NCBI GenBank assembly: GCA_003507445.1
Contig: DNVR01000009.1
Location: 2,485-66,484 of the forward strand
Length of the DNA stretch: 64,000 nt
Direction of reading: 5' to 3'
Source of the DNA: Candidatus Moraniibacteriota bacterium
GTDB taxonomy: Bacteria > Patescibacteriota > Minisyncoccia > Moranbacterales > GWC2-37-73
Positions 58,578-64,000 of the stretch are shown here, piece after piece. The notes under the pieces are model-generated. The model did not search any database and was not told the origin of the DNA. It saw only the letters and a program-made list of their open reading frames with translations. Positions within the stretch are counted from its first letter, which is position 1. Each line of letters starts with the position of its first letter. A program made the translations under genes and the position numbers.

Positions 58578-58727
58578 ATTCTAATTTGATACGAATTATA
58601 TCCGAATTACATCCGAATCTCGTAAATTTAAATAATTGTTACTTAAGTATTTTTAGCACACAACTTTACTTTTGGCAATAGTCCGTAACTTACCTTATGA
58701 ATTTTATAACTTTATGAACCTTGAAAT

Positions 58728-59012
58728 CTATACCGTTATTACTATATCAATTATCTCATCCCCGCCAAGTTCTTTGTTTATTTTGGCCACAATTTGCTTT
58801 CTTTTAAGCAAAATTTCATTTTCCCAAAAAGAGCTACCGGCGCTAATAAACACCTTTCTATCCTTAAGAGACATTGGCAAAACATTCTCCAGTCCTTGCC
58901 TGCCATATTCCTCTTTGATAACTATTTGAAAAACATAAAAAACACTCTGCTGATCAATAACAGCACTTTTTCTTAATGTTTTTTTATTTATAAAAGACCC
59001 AAGAGTTTTCAT
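58728..59012 (-). CDS. Small protein downstream of dnaN, possibly DUF721/DciA-like
   Basis: 94 aa; position immediately after dnaN matches where DUF721 proteins commonly sit; sequence-level assignment weak. Confidence 0.3.
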   Translation of the reverse strand: MKTLGSFINKKTLRKSAVIDQQSVFYVFQIVIKEEYGRQGLENVLPMSLKDRKVFISAGSSFWENEILLKRKQIVAKINKELGGDEIIDIVITV

Positions 59013-59022
59013 TCTGATTATA

Positions 59023-60171
59023 CTAATTCTTTATCGGCATAATAATATAGGTGTAATTGAGCATTTCTTCTTTCTTTTCTCCTTGCACCATACGAAGAAC
59101 TGCTGGAGAGCCGCCACTATTCATCAACAAAACCAAATGTGGCGTAGAAATTGCTTGCAATCCATCTACCATATATCGAGGATTAAAAAGTGCTTCTTGA
59201 TCAGGACCCTCGATTTGAGCATTTAAAATGGTCTTGTTTTCACCAACCTCCTCTGCTTTTGATTGAACATACACTTCCTTAGCCTCAGAATTCACAGTAA
59301 ACTTAACCTCCCCAGCCTTACTGTGAGTAAAAATTCCTGCAATTTTCACAGCGCGCAAAACATCATCCTTAGGAAGAAAAACTTTGGTGGTAAATTCTTG
59401 CGGAATAATTTGCTGATAAGGTGGATATTTTCCATTAATCAAACGTGAAACAATGCGCACGTTGTCAATTTGAAAAAATATCTGACTTTCCTCAATACCA
59501 ATCTTAATGTCTTGTGTTTCAGGATTAATCACACGAAACAGCTCTGAAATTGTGTTTAGTGGCACAATAACAGAATTTGTTTTCTCAATAAACAAATCAT
59601 AAGCTTGAGAATTGTCTTTTATTAGCGTTACAACAGCCTCAGCCAAACGAAAACTGTCAGTAGCAGCCAAGCGCACTTCAAGCTTATCCAGCACGAAATT
59701 AAGACCCGTAAGTTCAGGACGAGTACTATCAAGCGAAACACAGACAGCTAAGCGTGGAATCACTTCTTTCATTTCTTGAGCTGGCAAGGAAAAAAGGAAT
59801 TCTCCTTCCATTTCCGGAATAATAGGAAAATCTTGTGCTTGCAATCCTTTTATTTGTGCTTTAGATGAGCCACTTTCAATGTGCAAGGTTTGATCAACAA
59901 CACTAAGTGAAACAGTTCCGACATTTGGAATATTGTTCACAAAATTACTAAGCAAACGAGCCGGAACAGTTATCTTCCCCTCTTCTTCTATTTTTGCTCC
60001 AATTTTCAGAAAAACCCCAATTTCAAGGTTTGTTGCTGAAATCTTAAGCATCCCGTTGTCAGTTTCAAGCAAAATATTTTCCAAAATTGGCAAAGTAATT
60101 TGCTTGCCTACAACTCTTTCTGTGCTATAAATAGCCTTTTTGAAATTTTCTTGAGTACAAGTTAGCTTCAT
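59023..60171 (-). CDS. dnaN: DNA polymerase III beta sliding clamp
   Basis: 382 aa, three-domain beta clamp pattern; follows dnaA. Confidence 0.9.
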   Translation of the reverse strand: MKLTCTQENFKKAIYSTERVVGKQITLPILENILLETDNGMLKISATNLEIGVFLKIGAKIEEEGKITVPARLLSNFVNNIPNVGTVSLSVVDQTLHIESGSSKAQIKGLQAQDFPIIPEMEGEFLFSLPAQEMKEVIPRLAVCVSLDSTRPELTGLNFVLDKLEVRLAATDSFRLAEAVVTLIKDNSQAYDLFIEKTNSVIVPLNTISELFRVINPETQDIKIGIEESQIFFQIDNVRIVSRLINGKYPPYQQIIPQEFTTKVFLPKDDVLRAVKIAGIFTHSKAGEVKFTVNSEAKEVYVQSKAEEVGENKTILNAQIEGPDQEALFNPRYMVDGLQAISTPHLVLLMNSGGSPAVLRMVQGEKKEEMLNYTYIIMPIKN

Positions 60172-60253
60172 ATATTTGAATATTCTTAAACTTTCTAAAT
60201 TATCTTACACTTATCCACAATTTATCAACAATCACTTTATGGCTTTACTGGGC

Positions 60254-61678
60254 CTATACTGCGTATATTCTCTCTCTAAGCACTGCGACATCTTCACGTA
60301 CTTTTTCATCTGTTTCTATTTCTCTGTTTATTTTTTCATAAGCATGCAATGCTGTTGTGTGGTCACGTCCCCCGAATTGAGTTCCTATGCTAGGATATGA
60401 AGCATTAAGCTCACTACGCATCAAATACATTGCAATATGACGAGCATAGGCAATTTCCTTTTTGCGCCCCTTTTCAATGAGTTCCTTGGTTGAAATATTG
60501 AAATATTGAGAAATAGCTTCAATAACGTGCTGCGCCTGAATTCCCTTCTTTTTTCCACTTGAAATGATTTCAGCCAAAGCTTGCTGAACAAATTTTAAGG
60601 TTGGCAATTTTTTGTTAAATTCGCAAGCAGCAATAATCCTATTAAGTGCGCCTTCCAATTCACGGATGTTATTCTTCACATTTTCAGCAATGAATCTGAT
60701 TGCTTCTTCATCCAAATAAAAATTATTTTCTGCAGATTTTGTTTTCAAAATTGCAATTCGAGTTTCAATATCAGGTTTTCCAATGTCAGCAATCATTCCG
60801 CCCTCAAAGCGCGATCTGAGTCTGTCCTCCAATGTTGCAATCGCTTTAGGAGGACGATCGGAGCTGATCACAATTTGTTTGTTTATCTGATAAAGAGCGT
60901 TGAATATATGAAAAAATTCATTTTGGGTTTTTTCCTTTCCTGCCAAAAATTGCACATCATCGATAATAAGCAGATCTATTGCTTGATATGTTGATTTGAA
61001 GTCATTTACTGTTTGATTGCGAATAGAATCGATCAATTCATTAGCAAAACGTTCTGAAGTTATGTATTTTATTCTTCTTGAGGGATCATTTGCCAAAACC
61101 TCATTTCCAATTGATTGCAAAAGATGTGTTTTACCAAGTCCAACTCCGCCATAAATGAAAAGTGGGTTATATATTTTTCCTAAGTTTTGAGAAACCGCGT
61201 AGCAAGCTGCGCGAGCAAGCTCATTATTTTCACCAATAATAAAGTTTTCAAAGGTGTAACGTGTGTTTATATTATTTTCAAAAGGAGCACTGTTTTGCAC
61301 CCCGGGATGTGCCACCGGCTGAATAGGACGCTGCGAGAAGCTATTTCCTTGTTGAATTTCCTGTGAAAGTTGTTGCACTGAAACTGGGGCTGCTGAATCA
61401 ACTTTTTTAATCTCATTAAGTGGCGCTTGTTCATTGCTATATATAATACAGCTAATTTCTTTAATATCATCTTGAAAATTTCGCAGCGCTCTAAAGATGT
61501 AGGTATTATATTTATTTTCCAACCACTCCTTTGCAAAACCATTTGGCACACCAATAACAACCTTGCCATTTTCATTGGAAAGAATCGTTGTGTTTTTAAA
61601 CCAAGTACTGAAGTTCGCTTTTGAAATAGAAAGCTCTATTTCCCCAAGCGCAGCCTGCCAAAGTTCTGCATTATTCAT
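60254..61678 (-). CDS. dnaA: Chromosomal replication initiator DnaA
   Basis: GGVGLGKTHLLQ Walker A, IDDVQF Walker B, C-terminal DNA-binding helix; DnaA box TTATCCACA at 60211-60219. Confidence 0.95.
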   Translation of the reverse strand: MNNAELWQAALGEIELSISKANFSTWFKNTTILSNENGKVVIGVPNGFAKEWLENKYNTYIFRALRNFQDDIKEISCIIYSNEQAPLNEIKKVDSAAPVSVQQLSQEIQQGNSFSQRPIQPVAHPGVQNSAPFENNINTRYTFENFIIGENNELARAACYAVSQNLGKIYNPLFIYGGVGLGKTHLLQSIGNEVLANDPSRRIKYITSERFANELIDSIRNQTVNDFKSTYQAIDLLIIDDVQFLAGKEKTQNEFFHIFNALYQINKQIVISSDRPPKAIATLEDRLRSRFEGGMIADIGKPDIETRIAILKTKSAENNFYLDEEAIRFIAENVKNNIRELEGALNRIIAACEFNKKLPTLKFVQQALAEIISSGKKKGIQAQHVIEAISQYFNISTKELIEKGRKKEIAYARHIAMYLMRSELNASYPSIGTQFGGRDHTTALHAYEKINREIETDEKVREDVAVLRERIYAV

Positions 61679-61680
61679 TT

Positions 61681-61827
61681 ACCCTGTTAAATAAGATTTG
61701 AGTCTCTAAAAAAGAGAATCAGCTTATTTTTTGATAAATTTAATAAATTTAACTCCCCGTAATTTAAACACCGACTCAAATCTTAATTTTAAAAAATTAC
61801 TATTTTTTAAAATTATTTAACAGGGTA
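61681..61827. repeat. Inverted-repeat element C (ACCCTGTTAAATAAGATTTGAGTCTCT ... GACTCAAATCTTA ... TTATTTAACAGGGT), abutting dnaA start codon
   Basis: Left arm identical over 27 nt to 22532-22558. Confidence 0.5.
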
Positions 61828-61829
61828 AA

Positions 61830-62270
61830 GTTTATCCTTGTTAATGGTGCAAAAAAATTATATCACGCTAGACCTACTACTGCCAGCAATTCAAGCTGGC
61901 AACTGTTAATAATATGTGGATAAGTGGATAAGTCTCTTTTTTCCTTTTCTTCAGCTATATTTTTTCGTATTTGAGCAAAAAAGATGTTACGCTTAACCTT
62001 GTAAACTTAGAATATCCCCTCTTATCCACTCTTGTCAATCATTTTTGGTGTTTTTTAAAAGTAATGTCATCAATAAAAAATCAATTATTCAAAAATAAAC
62101 CTCTGTTGCGCCATTTTTTCTAAATGAATAGGTTGACTTTTTTCTTCAGACTGATACACTTGTTTATAGTATTCCTTGGAATCCTGTTAGTTAAGAATTG
62201 GTGTTATTTTCTTATTCAAACAGCTATTATTGGAAAACGAGTATTTCATATTAATAAATTAATCAAGCAA
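61830..62270. promoter_or_regulatory. Putative oriC: DnaA-box cluster and AT-rich unwinding region between dnaA and rpmH
   Basis: TGTGGATAAGTGGATAAG (61916-61933; two boxes), TTATCCACT (62022-62030), AT-rich 62040-62110. Confidence 0.55.
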
Positions 62271-62275
62271 ATATT

Positions 62276-62410
62276 ATGAAACGCACATATCAGCCAAAAA
62301 AGGGTAAAAGAAAAAGCCGTCACGGATTTCTCGAGCGTATGAGCACTAAAAACGGAGCTCAAGTAATCAAAAGACGCAGACAAGCTGGTCGCAAAAAACT
62401 TTCAGTTTAA
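62276..62410 (+). CDS. rpmH: 50S ribosomal protein L34
   Basis: [44 protein letters not shown] (below the ORF-track length cutoff). Confidence 0.9.
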   Translation: MKRTYQPKKGKRKSRHGFLERMSTKNGAQVIKRRRQAGRKKLSV

Positions 62411-62447
62411 AAAATATGCCACTACTGTGGCAGTTTGATAAATATAT

Positions 62448-62789
62448 ATGCTCCCAATCAAACATAGATTGAAAAAACGAGAAGATTTTGCCCAAGTATT
62501 TTCCAAGGGAGCATATGCTGGATATGATGGTCTTTCGATTAAGTTTACAAAAAATTCTCTGCCCGTGTCCCGAATTGGTTTTCCTGTCGGCAAAAACTAT
62601 TCAAAAAAAGCTGTCATTAGAAATCGTACCCGAAGAATTCTTCGAGAAGCTTGCGCAGAATATTTGGAAAAAATCAAACCCGGCTTTGACATCATCGTTC
62701 TTATTAAGCCAGAGTATCAGAACATCGAGCTTACCAAAATTGTTGACGAGTTTAAGAAAATTTTCTCTAAAGCTAATTTACTTATTTAA
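62448..62789 (+). CDS. rnpA: RNase P protein component
   Basis: 113 aa basic protein after rpmH; KKREDF...RNRTRR motif. Confidence 0.85.
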   Translation: MLPIKHRLKKREDFAQVFSKGAYAGYDGLSIKFTKNSLPVSRIGFPVGKNYSKKAVIRNRTRRILREACAEYLEKIKPGFDIIVLIKPEYQNIELTKIVDEFKKIFSKANLLI

Positions 62790-62823
62790 TATCCCGTTTT
62801 AAAAGCGAGATACAAAAAACAAA

Positions 62824-63567
62824 ATGCTAGCCCTCTTTCACACTGTTATCTATCAGCCGCTATATAACATTCTTATCTTGTTTTATAATATCGTTCCTGG
62901 TAAAGATTTTGGTATTTCTATCATCCTTATTACTATTCTGCTGAGAACGGTTTTGATACCGCTTTATAAAAAACAAATTGAATCACAAAAGAAACTCCAG
63001 GAATTACAACCAAAGATCAAAGAGCTTCAAGAGAGAACCAAGGGAAACAAGGAGCAACAGACCAAACAATTGATGGAACTTTACAAGGAAAATAAAACTA
63101 ATCCTTTTTCTGGTTGTATGCCGCTTGTTGTTCAGCTAATATTTTTAATTGCTATTTATCAAGTTTTAATAAAAATTTCTAGCAATGGTCTTGTGGTAGA
63201 TCCTACACAACTGTATTCTTTCGTGGCAGACCCTGGGAAAATAAATCAATTTTTTATCTCATTAATTGATTTAACCAAGCCAAGCATCATCATCGCTGCG
63301 GCCGCTGCAATTGCGCAATATTTCCAAACAAAGATGTTGATTCAAAATCAGTCTTCTACTCCAGTATTAAATCAAGCTCTCACCAAAACTTCCGATAAAC
63401 CAGATATGGCACAAATTATGAGCAAGCAGATGCTTTATCTCGGACCATTTTTGACATTATTTATTGGTATTAAGTTTCCTGCAGGATTATCCCTTTATTG
63501 GCTAGCTGGAACATTGTTTATGTTAATACAACAAATCGTTATTGAAAAAAAATCCAAACAAGATTAA
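62824..63567 (+). CDS. yidC: Membrane protein insertase YidC (short form)
   Basis: 247 aa multi-TM; conserved rpmH-rnpA-yidC-jag order. Confidence 0.85.
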   Translation: MLALFHTVIYQPLYNILILFYNIVPGKDFGISIILITILLRTVLIPLYKKQIESQKKLQELQPKIKELQERTKGNKEQQTKQLMELYKENKTNPFSGCMPLVVQLIFLIAIYQVLIKISSNGLVVDPTQLYSFVADPGKINQFFISLIDLTKPSIIIAAAAAIAQYFQTKMLIQNQSSTPVLNQALTKTSDKPDMAQIMSKQMLYLGPFLTLFIGIKFPAGLSLYWLAGTLFMLIQQIVIEKKSKQD

Positions 63568-63588
63568 TATTTCATTTTATATAATCAT

Positions 63589-64000
63589 ATGGACGAAAAA
63601 ACAACTGCTGTTATAAAGAAAACAATTGAAGAGTTGCTCACAAAAATGGGATTCTCCGGGAAAGTCACAATTATTGAATCGACAGACGATGACAGCATTA
63701 CCTGCGACATTGCAGCAGAAAGTGACTCAAACTTTCTTATTGGACAACACGGTATTAATTTGCAAGCATTGCAACACTTGGCAAGATTGATTGTTAGAAA
63801 ACATATCCCAGAAAAAATCAGATTCACATTAGACATAAACAATTACCGACAACAAAAAAATCAATCTATCGTTGAGCAAGCTAAGATTGCTGCCAATGAA
63901 GCAATTGCTCAGGGACGAAGCGTTTTTATGCCCCCTATGTCAACCTATGAACGCAGAATTGTTCATATGGAGCTTTCTCAAAACTCGCAAGTTTCCACTG
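63589..64000 (+). CDS. jag: Jag/KhpB RNA-binding protein (KH + R3H), 3'-truncated by window end
   Basis: MDEKTTAVIKKTIEELL...GQHGINLQALQHLARL (KH-like), R3H region begins ...YERRIVHMEL. Confidence 0.8.
   Translation, partial: MDEKTTAVIKKTIEELLTKMGFSGKVTIIESTDDDSITCDIAAESDSNFLIGQHGINLQALQHLARLIVRKHIPEKIRFTLDINNYRQQKNQSIVEQAKIAANEAIAQGRSVFMPPMSTYERRIVHMELSQNSQVST

Overview
This is an AT-rich bacterial chromosomal window that ends in the replication origin region. At the right end the order is dnaN, dnaA (both minus), DnaA-box cluster / oriC, then rpmH, rnpA, yidC, jag (plus). The rest is mostly minus-strand housekeeping genes. These include rubrerythrin, ddh, dnaG-rpoD, pyk, htpX, lemA, murE, femAB-like, ruvA, PBP1A, ruvC-yebC, ruvB, a tandem-duplicated PilB/GspE ATPase, nrnA, tsaE, a CDF transporter, polA-mutM, holA, rpsT, and two tRNAs (Asn-GTT, Ser-GGA). 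Gene content and style (peptidoglycan genes, pilus ATPase, lamin-tail surface protein, many small hypotheticals) would fit a small-genome uncultivated lineage, but that is inference only.

The notable points seen directly in the sequence are as follows.
1. At least three families of short repeats are threaded through the window. One is in-frame tandem heptamer arrays (about 4 units) inside or abutting essential genes. One is a hairpin/MITE-like TGTCATYCYGAA...TTCAGRATGACA family with an in-frame copy inside murE. One is an ACCCTGTTAAATAA inverted-repeat element in four copies, three of which directly abut start codons of rbr, PBP1A and dnaA, one enclosing a GIY-YIG nuclease gene.
2. A gene neighbourhood at 22.9-29.0 kb combines a DUF1704/MATCAP-like HExxH peptidase, a GNAT, a GT4, two ATP-grasp ligases (one fused to a retropepsin-like DTGA protease) and a 7TM protein. 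This is a candidate peptide ligation/trimming system.
3. RpoD carries a ~190-aa lysine-rich histone-H1-like N-terminal tail.
4. A 660-bp intergenic locus at 37.45-38.11 kb contains a 17-bp perfect inverted repeat, a consensus promoter, a GC-rich structured core and a terminator. This is a candidate unassigned ncRNA.
5. Two GC-richer islands (3.9-6.1 kb beside tRNA-Asn, including ddh; 45.9-48.7 kb with duplicated leaders and lipoprotein paralogs) suggest horizontal acquisition.

No CRISPR array, rRNA or classical IS/transposase was seen.
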